A stretch of DNA of 64,000 nt from contig CACNVR010000001.1 of NCBI GenBank assembly GCA_902623975.1, positions 51,965-115,964 on the forward strand, written 5' to 3'. The position numbers and the translations under genes are program-made. The stretch's first letter is position 1, and every line of letters begins with the position of its first letter. Source of the stretch: an uncultured Pelagibacteraceae bacterium (GTDB taxonomy: Bacteria > Pseudomonadota > Alphaproteobacteria > Pelagibacterales > Pelagibacteraceae). The notes below the pieces were generated by a model. That model did not search any database, was not told where the DNA came from, and was given only the letters and a program-made list of their open reading frames with translations. Of this stretch, positions 1 to 11,790 are shown in pieces.

Positions 1-855
1 ACGGGTACACCAATTTCACTAATAATCTATAACGAAGACATGCGATCGAAGGATTACAACGATATTAAAGATAAGTTTAGACCTGGACACGCAGATTATA
101 CATACTTTAAAAAATATGGAATAAGAGATTACAGAGGTGGAGGAAGATCTTCTGCTAGAGAAACAGCAGCAAGAGTTGCAGCTGGGGCTGTAGCTAAAAA
201 AGTTTTAGAAAGAAAATTAGGAAAAAAATTTAGAATTTCTGGAGCGGTTACACAAATTGGAATTCTTGGATGCGATACTTCCAAATGGGATGAAAAAATA
301 ATATATAAAAATCCTCTTTTCTGCCCAGATAAGTCTATGTTAAAAATTTGGGAAAAATATTTACTAAGTATCAGAAAAGCCGGGACGTCATGTGGTGCTG
401 TTATTGAAGTAAGAGCAAATGGTATACCTCCGGGCTTAGGTGCTCCTATATATTCAAAATTAGATTCAGATATTGCTTCAGCTATGATGAGTATAAATGC
501 AGTAAAGGGTGTAAATATTGGCTCTGGAATGAATTCTGCTCAATTGTCTGGTGAAGAAAATTCTGATGAAATATCTAATAGCAAAAAAAAACTTAAGTTT
601 GATACAAATAATGCAGGTGGAATTCTTGGAGGTATTTCCTCAGGTCAAGAGATAATTGTCTCTTTTGCAGTTAAACCTACATCATCAATTCTAAAAAAAA
701 GAAAAACAATTAATAAATTTGGTAAAAATACAACTATATCTGTCAAAGGTAGACATGATCCCTGTGTAGGTATCAGAGCTGTACCAATAGGTGAAGCTAT
801 GCTTTCTTGTGTATTATTAGATCATTATCTAATGAACAAAGCACAATGTAGCTAG
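1..855 (+). CDS. aroC: Chorismate synthase (5'-truncated by window edge)
   Basis: Frame is open from base 1 ([19 protein letters not shown]). Motifs [35 protein letters not shown]. Confidence 0.98.
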   Translation, partial: TGTPISLIIYNEDMRSKDYNDIKDKFRPGHADYTYFKKYGIRDYRGGGRSSARETAARVAAGAVAKKVLERKLGKKFRISGAVTQIGILGCDTSKWDEKIIYKNPLFCPDKSMLKIWEKYLLSIRKAGTSCGAVIEVRANGIPPGLGAPIYSKLDSDIASAMMSINAVKGVNIGSGMNSAQLSGEENSDEISNSKKKLKFDTNNAGGILGGISSGQEIIVSFAVKPTSSILKKRKTINKFGKNTTISVKGRHDPCVGIRAVPIGEAMLSCVLLDHYLMNKAQCS

Positions 856-856
856 A

Positions 857-2770
857 TTATTTTTTTTGTTTTTGCAAAATTATATTTGAGTTGAGAAGAT
901 CTAATACTTTCTCTTCTATAGAACTTCTATCTAAATTAGCAAACTTATACATATTTTCAGGGGTATCTTGATCAATAAAAATATCTGGCAATGTCATTGA
1001 TCTAAACTTTAGATTTGAATCCATCAAACCTTTTTTAGTTAGGAAATCAATTACATGTGAACCAAAACCTCCTATAGATCCTTCTTCAATAGTCATAATA
1101 GCTTCATGAGTTGTGGCTAGTTGCCAAATTAAATTTTCATCTAAAGGTTTAGCAAATCTGGCATCTACTACAGTAATGTTAATACCCTTTTTAATTAAAT
1201 TTTCTGCTGCTTTTAAAGTTTCATTAAGTCTAGCACCAAAGTTTAGGATAGCTAATTTATTTCCTTCTTTAATAACCCTCGATTTTCCTATTTCTATTTT
1301 TTCTTCTATCGAAGGTAAAAGAGTTCCTACACCAGTTCCTCTGGGATATCTAAATGCACAGGGTTTATTATTAATTTCTGTAGAAGTATTAATCATCCTC
1401 ACTAATTCAGCTTCATCACTTGCTGCCATGACAACAAAATTAGGTAAAGTTGATAAATAAGTAATATCAAAACTTCCAGCATGAGTGGAGCCATCAGCTC
1501 CCACTAAGCCTGCTCTATCAATAGCGAATCTTACTGGTAAACTTTGAATGGCTACATCATGAACCACTTGATCATAAGCTCTTTGAAGAAATGTTGAATA
1601 AATTGCTGCGTAAGGTTTATAATTTTCAGTTGCTAGTCCAGCTGCGAAAGTAACCGCGTGTTGTTCAGCAATTCCAACATCAAAAGTTCTGTCTGGAAAT
1701 TCTTTACGAAAAATATCAAGTCCTGTTCCATCTGGCATAGCGGCTGTAATAGCAACAATTTTATTATCTTTTTTAGCATGTTGTATCAATGTATTTGCAA
1801 ATACTTTTGTATAGGAAGGTATTTTTGCAGAACTTTTAACCTGTTCTCCAGTTTTCACATTAAACTTTGAGACACCATGATAATTATCTTTTGCTTCTTC
1901 AGCAAAAGAGTATCCTTTTCCTTTTTTTGTCTTAGTGTGAATTAAAATAGGTCCTTGATGCTTTGAGTCTCTTGCATTTCTTAAGATCGGAATTAAAGAA
2001 TTCAAGTCATGTCCATCAATTGGACCAATGTAATAAAAACCTAGAGAACTGAACAACGTTCCACCAGTTACAGCAGATCTCAGTAAATCTTCTGCTTTCC
2101 CAGCTTTGGCACTAAATCTTTTTGAAAATGCAGACATTATTAATTTTATAGTTTCCCTCAAACTAAAATAAATCTTACCAGAAAAAATTTTAGCTAAATA
2201 AGTGCTCATAGCTCCTACTGGTCTAGCAATTGACATATCGTTATCATTTAAAACAACAATCATTTTTGTTTTAGATGCTCCAGCATTATTCATTGCCTCA
2301 TAAGCCATCCCAGCACTTATGGCCCCATCGCCAATGACTGCAACGACGTTTTCTGATTTATTCGAAAGTTTATTCGCTTCAGCTATACCTAAAGCTGAAG
2401 AAATAGAAGTTGAACTATGGGCAGCGCCAAATGTATCATATTCACTTTCAGAACGTTTTGTGAAACCGGATAAACCACCACCTTGTCTTAATGTTCTAAT
2501 TCTATCTTTTCGTCCAGTTAAAATTTTATGTGGATAGCACTGATGACCTACATCCCAAATTAATTTATCGTTAGGTGTGTTAAAGATATAATGGAGTGCA
2601 ACACTTAATTCAACAACACCAAGACTTGCTCCAAGATGACCACCGGTAACAGATACAGCATCGATCAATTCCTCTCTTAATTCGTCTGCCACTTTATGTA
2701 ATTGTGACTCAGGTATTTTTTTTAAATCTGAAGGAAAATTTATTTTATCTAAAAATTCGTATTTTTTCAT
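857..2770 (-). CDS. dxs: 1-deoxy-D-xylulose-5-phosphate synthase
   Basis: [23 protein letters not shown]-binding GDGA...[26 protein letters not shown]. Confidence 0.98.
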   Translation of the reverse strand: MKKYEFLDKINFPSDLKKIPESQLHKVADELREELIDAVSVTGGHLGASLGVVELSVALHYIFNTPNDKLIWDVGHQCYPHKILTGRKDRIRTLRQGGGLSGFTKRSESEYDTFGAAHSSTSISSALGIAEANKLSNKSENVVAVIGDGAISAGMAYEAMNNAGASKTKMIVVLNDNDMSIARPVGAMSTYLAKIFSGKIYFSLRETIKLIMSAFSKRFSAKAGKAEDLLRSAVTGGTLFSSLGFYYIGPIDGHDLNSLIPILRNARDSKHQGPILIHTKTKKGKGYSFAEEAKDNYHGVSKFNVKTGEQVKSSAKIPSYTKVFANTLIQHAKKDNKIVAITAAMPDGTGLDIFRKEFPDRTFDVGIAEQHAVTFAAGLATENYKPYAAIYSTFLQRAYDQVVHDVAIQSLPVRFAIDRAGLVGADGSTHAGSFDITYLSTLPNFVVMAASDEAELVRMINTSTEINNKPCAFRYPRGTGVGTLLPSIEEKIEIGKSRVIKEGNKLAILNFGARLNETLKAAENLIKKGINITVVDARFAKPLDENLIWQLATTHEAIMTIEEGSIGGFGSHVIDFLTKKGLMDSNLKFRSMTLPDIFIDQDTPENMYKFANLDRSSIEEKVLDLLNSNIILQKQKK

Positions 2771-3639
2771 TTTTTTCTATTCAAAATATAATCGAGCGTT
2801 TCAGAAAGGTCTTTTGATTTTGTACCATATTTTTTTAGTTTATTATTTATTTTTAAAATCAAATTATTAGCATATTTAATAGTATTTTTATAACCTAGTA
2901 AACTAATTAGGGTAGCTTTACCCTTTTTTTTATCTTTACCAGTTTTTTTTCCCGCTGCTAATAAACTTCCTTTATAATCTATCAAATCATCTGCAACTTG
3001 AAATAATAATCCTATGTCGGCACCTATATTTTCAAATTTTTTTATTTCATTTATACTTTTATTCTTAATTATTAGAGGCACAGCACAACAAAAACTAAAT
3101 AATTTTCCAGTTTTTTTTATCTCCATCTCAATAATTTTTCTTTTGGAAATTTTTTTATGTTCATAGCTTAAATCTAAATATTGACCACCAGCTACACCTA
3201 AGTGTCCTGAACTTTCTGAAATCTTATTAATTAAATTAATTTTAGTTCTTTCAGAAAGATTTAAATCTTTATGACTTAATATTTCAAATGCCAATATCAA
3301 AAGTGAGTTGCCTGCGAGAACTGCTGTCGACTCACCAAATTTAACATGAGTTGATGGTTTACCTCTTCTAATTGAGTCATTGTCCATACAAGGTAGATCA
3401 TCATGTATTAATGAATATGCATGTATACATTCAACTGCAGAACCTATAATAATCAAAGATTTGTAGTCCAATTTAAAAAGAGAACCAACGTCAGATAAAA
3501 TTTTTGATCTTATTTTTTTTCCCCCTGAAAACAATCCATATTGCATTGGAGTAATTAGGTCAGTTTTTTTTTGATACTTTATAAATCTTTTTAAAAATGA
3601 ATTTGTATCTTTAGCAATTTTATTTAATTTTTTTTGCAT
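2767..3639 (-). CDS. ispA: Farnesyl/geranyl diphosphate synthase
   Basis: [28 protein letters not shown]; canonical xseB-ispA-dxs order. Confidence 0.95.
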   Translation of the reverse strand: MQKKLNKIAKDTNSFLKRFIKYQKKTDLITPMQYGLFSGGKKIRSKILSDVGSLFKLDYKSLIIIGSAVECIHAYSLIHDDLPCMDNDSIRRGKPSTHVKFGESTAVLAGNSLLILAFEILSHKDLNLSERTKINLINKISESSGHLGVAGGQYLDLSYEHKKISKRKIIEMEIKKTGKLFSFCCAVPLIIKNKSINEIKKFENIGADIGLLFQVADDLIDYKGSLLAAGKKTGKDKKKGKATLISLLGYKNTIKYANNLILKINNKLKKYGTKSKDLSETLDYILNRKK

Positions 3640-3874
3640 TTTTTTTTGAGGTTATTTTCAATATATTTTCTCTAGTTTTTTTACTTATATTTTTTGAACC
3701 ATTCTGGAATTTTTTTTCAATAATGTTGTTTAATCTTAAAAGATTTTGATATTTTCCAATCGAACCGTCAAGGTCTTTTTCATTTTCTAAGTCTCTGATT
3801 ATTTTATCAGCCTCAATAGTTAGCTCCTCAAGAGATAAGGAGTCATAATCATTTGTTAAATTTTTATCTTTCAT
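3620..3874 (-). CDS. xseB: Exodeoxyribonuclease VII small subunit (divergent)
   Basis: 84 aa helical protein with SLEEL..EA..II..LE pattern, directly upstream of ispA-dxs. Confidence 0.7.
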   Translation of the reverse strand: MKDKNLTNDYDSLSLEELTIEADKIIRDLENEKDLDGSIGKYQNLLRLNNIIEKKFQNGSKNISKKTRENILKITSKKNAKKIK

Positions 3875-3894
3875 ATAATACTCTCAGATAATAC

Positions 3895-4833
3895 ATGAAA
3901 ATTAATCTTTCAAATATTAAAAAAGCTGAAAAATTGCTTAATAAGAATGATTGTGTAGCTATACCTACTGAAACTGTTTATGGGTTAGCAGGTAATGCAT
4001 ATTCAAATCAAGCATGTAAAAAAATATTTTTATTAAAAAAAAGGCCAAAAAATAATCCTTTGATAGTTCATTACTACGACAAGAAAATGTTACAAAATGA
4101 TTGTGTAATAAACAATTCTTTTACTAAATTATATAGAAAATTCTGTCCAGGACCAATTACTTTCGTTTTAAATTTAAATAAAAAATCTAAAATTTCAAAA
4201 TTTGTCACTAATAATAAAAAAACATTGGCTGTCAGGTTCCCAAAGCATCCAGTGGCAAGAAATCTCATAAAAAGACTAAAGTTCCCTTTAGCTGCACCAA
4301 GTGCTAATTTATCTACAAAGGTTAGTGCCGTTTGTTCTTCTCATGTAAAAGAGGATTTTGGTAAAAAGATTAGATTTATACTTGAAGGTGGAAAATCATC
4401 TGTAGGGATTGAGTCAACCATAATTGATATTAGAGATAAACCAAGAATTTTAAGATTAGGAGGATTAGATATTTCTACAATTGAAAAGGTATTAAATAGA
4501 AAAATTTCTTTAACTAACAATCCATCAAAAATTTCATCCCCTGGACAATTAAGACTTCATTATTCACCTGGTATTCCAATCAAATTAAATGTCCAAAGAA
4601 CATCTGGAAAAAGTGAAGCATACTTATTGATTAAAAAAAGAAATAAAAGTAAATCGAATTATTATTATCTATCAAAAAATGGTAATCTAAAAGAAGCAGC
4701 AAAAAATTTGTATAATACTCTAAGAAAAATTAAAAAAAACAAATATAAATCTATAGTTGTTGAAAAAATTCCTAACATAGGGTTGGGAAAAACAATTCTA
4801 GATAGACTGACAAAAGCATCAAAGTTAAAATGA
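3895..4833 (+). CDS. sua5: L-threonylcarbamoyladenylate synthase (Sua5 type, with C-terminal domain)
   Basis: PTETVYGL, KKRP..NPLIVH, PGPIT, AAPSAN, GIESTIID, SPGQ...HYSP. Confidence 0.95.
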   Translation: MKINLSNIKKAEKLLNKNDCVAIPTETVYGLAGNAYSNQACKKIFLLKKRPKNNPLIVHYYDKKMLQNDCVINNSFTKLYRKFCPGPITFVLNLNKKSKISKFVTNNKKTLAVRFPKHPVARNLIKRLKFPLAAPSANLSTKVSAVCSSHVKEDFGKKIRFILEGGKSSVGIESTIIDIRDKPRILRLGGLDISTIEKVLNRKISLTNNPSKISSPGQLRLHYSPGIPIKLNVQRTSGKSEAYLLIKKRNKSKSNYYYLSKNGNLKEAAKNLYNTLRKIKKNKYKSIVVEKIPNIGLGKTILDRLTKASKLK

Positions 4834-5564
4834 AAACACCACTTGAAGTAATCAACTTATCAAAAGTTTATAATAATACTGATGCTGTCAAAGATATATC
4901 TTTTAAAGTTAATAAAAATGAAATCATTGGTATTCTTGGGCCTAATGGGTGTGGAAAAACTACAACCATAGGAATGATTTTAGGATTACTTAAACCTACC
5001 AATGGTAAAGCTTTAATTAACGGAATAGATATTGAGACAAATAGAGTAAATTTATTAGATAACTTAAACTTTATCTCACCTTATATTGAATTGCCCAAAA
5101 AATTAACTGTTAAACAAAATTTAGAAGTTTATGGAAGACTTTATGACGTTAAAAATCTAAAAACAAAAATAGAGTATCTTTCAGATAAATTAAGGCTTCA
5201 AGATATAATTAATAAAATTACTGGAGAACTTTCATCTGGTCAAAAAAATAGAGTTAGTTTAGCTAAATCTATAATTAATGATCCGACAGTTCTGCTTCTA
5301 GATGAGCCAACAGCATCCTTAGATCCTGAAACTGGAGATTTCATAAGAAGTTTTTTAGAAAATTATCAAAAAGAGCAAGAAACATCTATTTTACTGGCTT
5401 CACATAACATGAATGAAGTAGAAAGATTGTGCTCATCTGTCCTAATGATGAATAAAGGATCAATTGTTGATCAAGGAAAACCAGCAGATTTAATTAAAAA
5501 ACACGGCCGAAAAAATATGGAGGAAGTTTTTTTAAAACTTTCGAGGGAAAAAAATGAATCTTAA
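4830..5564 (+). CDS. ABC transporter ATP-binding protein (ABC-2 exporter type)
   Basis: Walker A GPNGCGKTT, signature LSSGQ, Walker B LLLDEPT. Confidence 0.93.
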   Translation: MKTPLEVINLSKVYNNTDAVKDISFKVNKNEIIGILGPNGCGKTTTIGMILGLLKPTNGKALINGIDIETNRVNLLDNLNFISPYIELPKKLTVKQNLEVYGRLYDVKNLKTKIEYLSDKLRLQDIINKITGELSSGQKNRVSLAKSIINDPTVLLLDEPTASLDPETGDFIRSFLENYQKEQETSILLASHNMNEVERLCSSVLMMNKGSIVDQGKPADLIKKHGRKNMEEVFLKLSREKNES

Positions 5565-6345
5565 TAAAATGTACGGACTTTTTTTAAGACACTTTTACTT
5601 AATCAAAAGTTCTTTACCAAGAGTGTTGGATTTAATATATTGGCCTACAATACAGATTATTCTTTGGGGATTTATCTCAAAGTTTTTTTCGCTTTATAGC
5701 AACTATTATAACGATACTCTTGGAGTAATTCTTACCTGCGCAATACTTTATGATATTCTCTTTAGATCAAGTATAAGTTTTAATATGCTTTTTTTAGAGG
5801 AAATTTGGAGTAGAAATTTCACAAATTTATTTATCGCACCTTTAAAAATTAAAGAAATAATTGTTTCCTTAATCTTTACAGCTTTAATAAGAACTCTAAT
5901 TGGACTTATTCCAGCAATTATTTTAACGTCTCCTTTATTTGGAGTTTCAATATTGAAATTAGGTTTTCCACTTTTATTACTTTTTTTAAGTTTGTATATT
6001 TTTGGGATTACACTTGGTTTATTTGTAAGTGCAGGACTTTTAAGATTTGGTCCATCATTTGAAAATATAGCCTGGTCATCATTATTTTTGCTCGCACCTT
6101 TGGGATGTATATATTACCCACTAGAAATATTACCAAATTTTTTTCAAATTATCGCAAAGGGTTTACCATTAGTTTATATTTTCGATGAAACCAGAAATAT
6201 TCTTCTAAATAGCTCCATAAATTACGAAAATTTGAAACAAGCTTATATATTAAATCTAATATATCTGACACTTGGTATTGGACTTTTTTATTTTGCTTTT
6301 ATTAGAGCACGTATCAAAGGAACCTTAATAAACATGGGAGAGTAA
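5554..6345 (+). CDS. ABC-2 type transporter permease
   Basis: About six hydrophobic segments, overlaps the ATPase gene, C-terminal YYP..ILP motif. Confidence 0.88.
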   Translation: MNLNKMYGLFLRHFYLIKSSLPRVLDLIYWPTIQIILWGFISKFFSLYSNYYNDTLGVILTCAILYDILFRSSISFNMLFLEEIWSRNFTNLFIAPLKIKEIIVSLIFTALIRTLIGLIPAIILTSPLFGVSILKLGFPLLLLFLSLYIFGITLGLFVSAGLLRFGPSFENIAWSSLFLLAPLGCIYYPLEILPNFFQIIAKGLPLVYIFDETRNILLNSSINYENLKQAYILNLIYLTLGIGLFYFAFIRARIKGTLINMGE

Positions 6346-6422
6346 TGGTGCGCCTGCTAGGAGTCGAACCCAGAACCTCCTGATCCGAAGTCAGGCGCTC
6401 TATCCAGTTGAGCTACAAGCGC
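6346..6422 (-). tRNA. tRNA-Arg, anticodon TCG
   Basis: Reverse complement GCGCTTGTAGCTCAACTGGATAGAGCGCCTGACTTCGGATCAGGAGGTTCTGGGTTCGACTCCTAGCAGGCGCACCA folds into a cloverleaf; anticodon arm CCTGA-CT[TCG]GA-TCAGG; CCA encoded. Confidence 0.96.
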
Positions 6423-6445
6423 ATATAATATTAATATAACATTTT

Positions 6446-7426
6446 ATGAAAAAAAAAATAAATTTGATTGCAAACAAAGAAGATAAGAACCTTCGTATTG
6501 ACGTTTTTATCAATAAAAGACTAGGTGAGATTAGTAGAACTAGAATAAAAAATTTGATTAAAGATAAAAAACTTAAACTAAATAAAAACATTTTAATCAG
6601 CCCCTCCAAAAAAATATCTTCTGGGGATGTGATAGATTTTATTTTATCTGAACCAAAAAAGGCTTCTCTAAAACCTTTTAAATATAAATTAGACATTATT
6701 TACGAAGATGAGGATTTAATAGTCTTGAACAAACCTGCTGGAATTGTAATGCACCCAGGTGCAGGTAATCCAACTAATACAATCGTAAATGCCTTAATAA
6801 GTTATGATAAAAATTCATTATCAAATATTGGTGACGAACTTAGACCGGGAATAGTTCACAGAATTGATAAAAATACATCAGGTTTAGTTGTAATCGCAAA
6901 AAATAATATTAGTCATAAACACCTTTCAAATCAATTCAGCAAACATACTATTGTAAGAGTATATCAATTATTAGTTTGGGGAAAACTTAGACCGTCAAGG
7001 GGAAAAATAGAAACTTTTATTACCAGAAGTTCAAGGAATAGACAAATGATGGAAGTTAGTCATAATAAAGGAAAAAAGGCTATTACAAATTACAAAACAT
7101 TAAAGACTTTTGAGACTAAAGATACACCTACGCTTAGCTTAATAGAATGTAAACTAGAAACAGGTAGAACTCATCAAATTAGAGTACATATGAATTACCT
7201 TGGAAATAGTATTGTGGGAGATGATAAATATAAAAAAAGATTTAAAAAAATTAAAAACATAAATCCATCTTTAGAAAAAAACTTAACTAATTTAAATAGA
7301 CAATTCCTACATGCAAAAACTATTGGTTTCGTTCATCCAAAAAAAAATACAAAAATGATTTTTCACTCAAATTTGCCAAATGAACTGGAAATTATTCTAA
7401 AAATGCTCAGAAATGCTGGAAAATAA
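6446..7426 (+). CDS. rluD: RluA/RluD family 23S rRNA pseudouridine synthase
   Basis: N-terminal S4-like domain, NKPAG..MHP, catalytic GIVHRIDKNTSG, LETGRTHQIRVH; upstream of rpoH as usual in Alphaproteobacteria. Confidence 0.93.
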   Translation: MKKKINLIANKEDKNLRIDVFINKRLGEISRTRIKNLIKDKKLKLNKNILISPSKKISSGDVIDFILSEPKKASLKPFKYKLDIIYEDEDLIVLNKPAGIVMHPGAGNPTNTIVNALISYDKNSLSNIGDELRPGIVHRIDKNTSGLVVIAKNNISHKHLSNQFSKHTIVRVYQLLVWGKLRPSRGKIETFITRSSRNRQMMEVSHNKGKKAITNYKTLKTFETKDTPTLSLIECKLETGRTHQIRVHMNYLGNSIVGDDKYKKRFKKIKNINPSLEKNLTNLNRQFLHAKTIGFVHPKKNTKMIFHSNLPNELEIILKMLRNAGK

Positions 7427-7463
7427 AATATTGAAAATTATAATATATTAATTAGATAAACCA

Positions 7464-8360
7464 TTGATGAATATGGCTATAAATAACAATCTTCCAGTTT
7501 TAAGTAATGAAGGTGGATTATCCGCTTACCTAGAACAAATTAAAAAATTTCCAATGTTAGATGCAGAGGAAGAATATATGCTTGCAAAAAATTGGAAAAC
7601 TACGGGAAATATCAAGTCAGCTGAAAAACTTGTTACAAGTCATTTACGATTAGTTGCAAAAATTGCAATGGGATATAAAGGTTACGGCTTACCAGTCAAT
7701 GAAATGATATCTGAGGGAAATGTTGGACTTATGCAAGCTGTAAAAAAATTTGAGCCAGAAAAAGGTTTTAGATTAGCGACTTATGCAATGTGGTGGATTA
7801 AAGCCTCTATACAAGAATATATTTTAAGATCATGGAGTTTAGTAAAAATTGGTACAACAAGTGCTCAAAAAAAATTATTTTTTAATCTTAAAAAATTAAA
7901 AAACCAAATCGCACCTCAAACCGAAGGTGATCTTAAAAATGAACATGTAGACAAAATAGCTAATAAACTAGATGTTAGCAAAGAGGAAGTCATATCAATG
8001 AATCGTAGGCTCTCAGGAAAAGAATTTTCTTTAAATGCTCAAGTTGGTGAAGATGGAGATGAATGGCAAGATTGGTTAGTTGATAAAGAACTTGATCATG
8101 ACTTAAAATTTGCTCAACAAGAAGAAATGGAACAAAGAAAAGATTTATTAAAAAATTCTATTAAAGTTTTAAACGAGAGAGAAAAAGAAATTTTATATGC
8201 AAGAAGACTCAGTGAAGAACCTACTACTCTTGAAGATTTGAGTAAAAGATATAAAGTAAGTAGAGAAAGAGTTCGACAAATTGAAAATAAAGCTTTTGAG
8301 AAATTACAAAAGCAAATGTTACTTTTAGCTAAATCAAAAAATTTGTTAACAGCAAATTAA
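7464..8360 (+). CDS. rpoH: RNA polymerase sigma-32 factor (true start may be ATG 7467 or 7473)
   Basis: [22 protein letters not shown], RpoH box QKKLFFNL, region 4 [10 protein letters not shown]. Confidence 0.97.
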   Translation: MMNMAINNNLPVLSNEGGLSAYLEQIKKFPMLDAEEEYMLAKNWKTTGNIKSAEKLVTSHLRLVAKIAMGYKGYGLPVNEMISEGNVGLMQAVKKFEPEKGFRLATYAMWWIKASIQEYILRSWSLVKIGTTSAQKKLFFNLKKLKNQIAPQTEGDLKNEHVDKIANKLDVSKEEVISMNRRLSGKEFSLNAQVGEDGDEWQDWLVDKELDHDLKFAQQEEMEQRKDLLKNSIKVLNEREKEILYARRLSEEPTTLEDLSKRYKVSRERVRQIENKAFEKLQKQMLLLAKSKNLLTAN

Positions 8361-9649
8361 AAATCAAAAGGGTTTTCAATTAATATAGTATCCTCTCGTT
8401 CAGGACTAGTTGATATACTAGATATTTTGGTTCCAATAAAATCTTCAACTGCAAAAATATAATTTTTGGCGTTTTGTGGAAGATCTTCAATATTTTTAAT
8501 TCCACTTGTTGAGGATTTCCAGCCAGGAAAAATTTTATAAATTGGCTTAATCTTTAACTGATCTTCTACAGCTGCTGGCAAATAGTCAATTTTAACTCCA
8601 TCAAGTTCATACTGAATACACATTTTGATTTCATCCAATTCATCTAAAACATCAAGTTTTGTTAAAGCGATACCATCTATTCCAGAAATCTTTATAGTTT
8701 GTCTAACCAAAACTCCATCAAACCAACCACATCTTCTTTTACGACTTGTAACAGTTCCAAATTCTTTTCCTCTTGCACCTAATAATTCTCCAATTTTATC
8801 TTTTAATTCTGTGGGGAAAGGACCCTCACCTACTCTAGTTGTATAAGCTTTTGTTATACCCAAAACATAATTTATAGAATTTGGCCCACATCCAGTTCCT
8901 GTTGCAGCACTTGATGCCACTGTGTTTGATGATGTGACAAATGGATATGTACCGTGGTCAACATCTAATAAAATTCCTTGCGCCCCTTCAAATAATATTT
9001 TTTTTTTTTGTCTTTTAAATTGATCAATTTTCAACCAAACTGGCTGAGAAAATTTTAAAATTTTTGGAGCAATCTTTAATAAATCTTTTTTAAGTTGAGT
9101 TTTTTTAAAAATTTTTTTTCCTAAACCCTTTCTAATTGCATTATGGTGTAAAAGAACTGAGTCTAATCTTCTTTCAAGATTTTTTTCAGACCTTAAATCC
9201 ATTACTCTTATTGATCTTCTGCCAACTTTGTCCTCATAAGCTGGCCCTATACCCCTCCTTGTAGTTCCTATTTTACCTTTACCAGCTGAGTCCTCTCTTA
9301 TTTCATCCATTTCTTTATGAAATGGGAGTATTAAATTTGCAGACTCAGAAATTATAAAATTTTTCTCATTAACTTCTACTCCTTTTGATTTAATCTCCTC
9401 AATTTCCTCAAGTAGAGCCCATGGGTCAACAACAACACCATTTCCAATAATCGAAATTTTATTTTTTCTTACAATTCCGGAAGGAAGTAATCGAAGTTTA
9501 TAAGTAACACCATCTATAACTAAAGTGTGTCCAGCATTATGACCGCCCTGGAATCTGATTACAATATCGGCTTGCTCAGAGAGCCAGTCTACAATTTTAC
9601 CTTTTCCTTCATCTCCCCATTGAGAGCCAACAACAGCAACATTATTCAT
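8357..9649 (-). CDS. purA: Adenylosuccinate synthetase
   Basis: [43 protein letters not shown]. Confidence 0.99.
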   Translation of the reverse strand: MNNVAVVGSQWGDEGKGKIVDWLSEQADIVIRFQGGHNAGHTLVIDGVTYKLRLLPSGIVRKNKISIIGNGVVVDPWALLEEIEEIKSKGVEVNEKNFIISESANLILPFHKEMDEIREDSAGKGKIGTTRRGIGPAYEDKVGRRSIRVMDLRSEKNLERRLDSVLLHHNAIRKGLGKKIFKKTQLKKDLLKIAPKILKFSQPVWLKIDQFKRQKKKILFEGAQGILLDVDHGTYPFVTSSNTVASSAATGTGCGPNSINYVLGITKAYTTRVGEGPFPTELKDKIGELLGARGKEFGTVTSRKRRCGWFDGVLVRQTIKISGIDGIALTKLDVLDELDEIKMCIQYELDGVKIDYLPAAVEDQLKIKPIYKIFPGWKSSTSGIKNIEDLPQNAKNYIFAVEDFIGTKISSISTSPEREDTILIENPFDF

Positions 9650-10461
9650 TATTTAAATCTCTTATCTAATAAAATTGAATTAAGGTGATTGATAGGACCA
9701 TGACCTTTCCCATACTTTGGATTTGTTAATATTGCTGAATTTACATATTTAATACCAAGTTCACAAGCACTCTTAATACTTTTTCCACATGAAAAAAAAG
9801 TTGTAATTGCGCTTGATAAAGTACAACCAGTCCCATGAGTATTTTTTGTGTTATGCCTTGAACTTACAAAAATTTTTAAGTCTCTTTTATTTAAATAAAT
9901 ATCAACAACTTTTTTTGATTTTAAATGACCTCCTTTAATCAATACATTTCTCGCTCCTAAAGTTATTAATTTTTTTCCTGCTTTGACCATATCTTGTTTA
10001 CTATTTATCTTAATTCCAGTGATGACCTCTGCTTCGGGTATATTTGGTGTAACTAGATTTACTTTTTGAAGTAATCTTTTTTTAACTAATTGGATTGCTT
10101 TATCATCAATCAATTTTTCACCTCCTTTTGCAATCATAACTGGATCTAAAATTATTTTTTTGACTTTAATCTGAGAAAGCGACTCCAACACTTTTTTTAC
10201 TACTTGAGATGAATGAAGCATCCCAATTTTAATTGCATCTGGCTTTATATCTACAGCAGTATGAATTATTTGTTTTTTTATAGAATTTGTTGGGACAGGT
10301 ATAACCGATAATACATTTTTAGTATTTTGTGCCGTTATAGCTGTAATTGCAGTCATAGCATATGAGCCAAGACATGTAATAGTTTTTATATCAGCTTGAA
10401 TACCAGCGCCACCAGACGAGTCTGATCCTGCAATTATTAGTATTTTAGATCTGGGTTTCAA
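9649..10461 (-). CDS. thiD: Hydroxymethylpyrimidine/phosphomethylpyrimidine kinase
   Basis: [40 protein letters not shown]. Confidence 0.97.
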   Translation of the reverse strand: MKPRSKILIIAGSDSSGGAGIQADIKTITCLGSYAMTAITAITAQNTKNVLSVIPVPTNSIKKQIIHTAVDIKPDAIKIGMLHSSQVVKKVLESLSQIKVKKIILDPVMIAKGGEKLIDDKAIQLVKKRLLQKVNLVTPNIPEAEVITGIKINSKQDMVKAGKKLITLGARNVLIKGGHLKSKKVVDIYLNKRDLKIFVSSRHNTKNTHGTGCTLSSAITTFFSCGKSIKSACELGIKYVNSAILTNPKYGKGHGPINHLNSILLDKRFK

Positions 10462-10462
10462 T

Positions 10463-11788
10463 TTAATTTATTTTTTTACTAACTAAATTTATACATTTTT
10501 TTAATAATGTCTTATTTTGACTCTCTCCCATTATTCTTATTTTCTGTTCGGTACCAGATTTTCTAACAAGAATTCTTCCTTGTCCCTTTATAAGTTTACT
10601 TGCAGACTTAATTGACTGCCTAACAGATTGTTTATTGAGTATATTTTTATTTTTTACATCAATATTTAATAATAATTGTGGTGTTTTTTCAAAAACATCA
10701 AAAAACTTGCTAGCTTTAATTTTGCCCCTTAATGCTTTAATAACTTCCAATGCAACCAAAAGACCGTCACCAGTAGTTGCAAACTTTCCTAATATGATAT
10801 GCCCAGATTGCTCACCTCCTAAATTATACTTTTTTTTTTGCATTATTTCTTTTACATACCTGTCACCAACATTAGCTCTAATAAATTTAATATTTCTTTT
10901 TTTAAAAAACTTTTCTAGTCCATAATTAGACATTAAAGTTCCCACAACACCCCCTTTTAAGATTCTCTTTTTTTTCCATTGTAAAGCCAATGCAGCTATT
11001 ATCTGATCACCGTCAATAATCGCTCCTTTTTCATCACACATTATAATTCTATCTGCATCACCATCTAATGAAATACCTAAATGAGCTTTATTTTTTAAAA
11101 CAAATCTTCTAAGTTTATTAGGAAAAGTTGAGCCACAATTTTTATTTATATTAAACCCGTTGGGTTTGTTTCCAATAACTATCACTTTAGCGCCAAGAGA
11201 TTTTATCATTTTTGGTGCTGACTTATAACCAGCACCATTTGCACAATCTAAAACAATTTTCATATTCTCTAATTTTAAATTTCCAGGAATTTTTTTTTTT
11301 AGGATTTTTAGATAATCATCTGTGCCTGACTCTAACCTTTTAACTCTTCCCAAAAGTTGAGGTTGTGAAAGATGTTTTTCAACTTTACTATCAATTAAAT
11401 TTTCGATTTTTTTTTGAATAACATCAGATAATTTCAATCCATCAGGTCCGAATAATTTCAACCCATTGTCATTAAATAGATTATGTGATGCAGTTATCAT
11501 AATTCCTAAATTAGCATTCATTGATTTAGTTAACATTGCTAGTCCATTAGTAGGTAATGGACCCAAAGTGTAAACATGCATTCCAGCTGATGCTAAACCT
11601 GATACTAGGGCAGGTTCAAGTGCGTAACCTGATAATCTGGTATCTTTGGCAATAATTGCTGTTTGTTTCTTTTTCTTTAAATTCGTAAAGTACTTACCTG
11701 CAGCCAACCCAAATTTAAAAAACATATCACCATTGATATGATTGCTATTAACATGACCTCTTATGCCGTCTGTTCCAAAATATTTCAT
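10463..11788 (-). CDS. glmM: Phosphoglucosamine mutase
   Basis: FGTDGIRG, KDTRLSG, TASHN, DGDADR, GGEQSGH. Confidence 0.97.
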   Translation of the reverse strand: MKYFGTDGIRGHVNSNHINGDMFFKFGLAAGKYFTNLKKKKQTAIIAKDTRLSGYALEPALVSGLASAGMHVYTLGPLPTNGLAMLTKSMNANLGIMITASHNLFNDNGLKLFGPDGLKLSDVIQKKIENLIDSKVEKHLSQPQLLGRVKRLESGTDDYLKILKKKIPGNLKLENMKIVLDCANGAGYKSAPKMIKSLGAKVIVIGNKPNGFNINKNCGSTFPNKLRRFVLKNKAHLGISLDGDADRIIMCDEKGAIIDGDQIIAALALQWKKKRILKGGVVGTLMSNYGLEKFFKKRNIKFIRANVGDRYVKEIMQKKKYNLGGEQSGHIILGKFATTGDGLLVALEVIKALRGKIKASKFFDVFEKTPQLLLNIDVKNKNILNKQSVRQSIKSASKLIKGQGRILVRKSGTEQKIRIMGESQNKTLLKKCINLVSKKIN

Positions 11789-11790
11789 TA

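Noticed and set aside
4830-6422. ABC transporter pair at the tRNA-Arg 3' end as an integrated element
   Set aside because: No integrase and no duplicated tRNA 3' end seen; the ATPase gene overlaps the core gene sua5.
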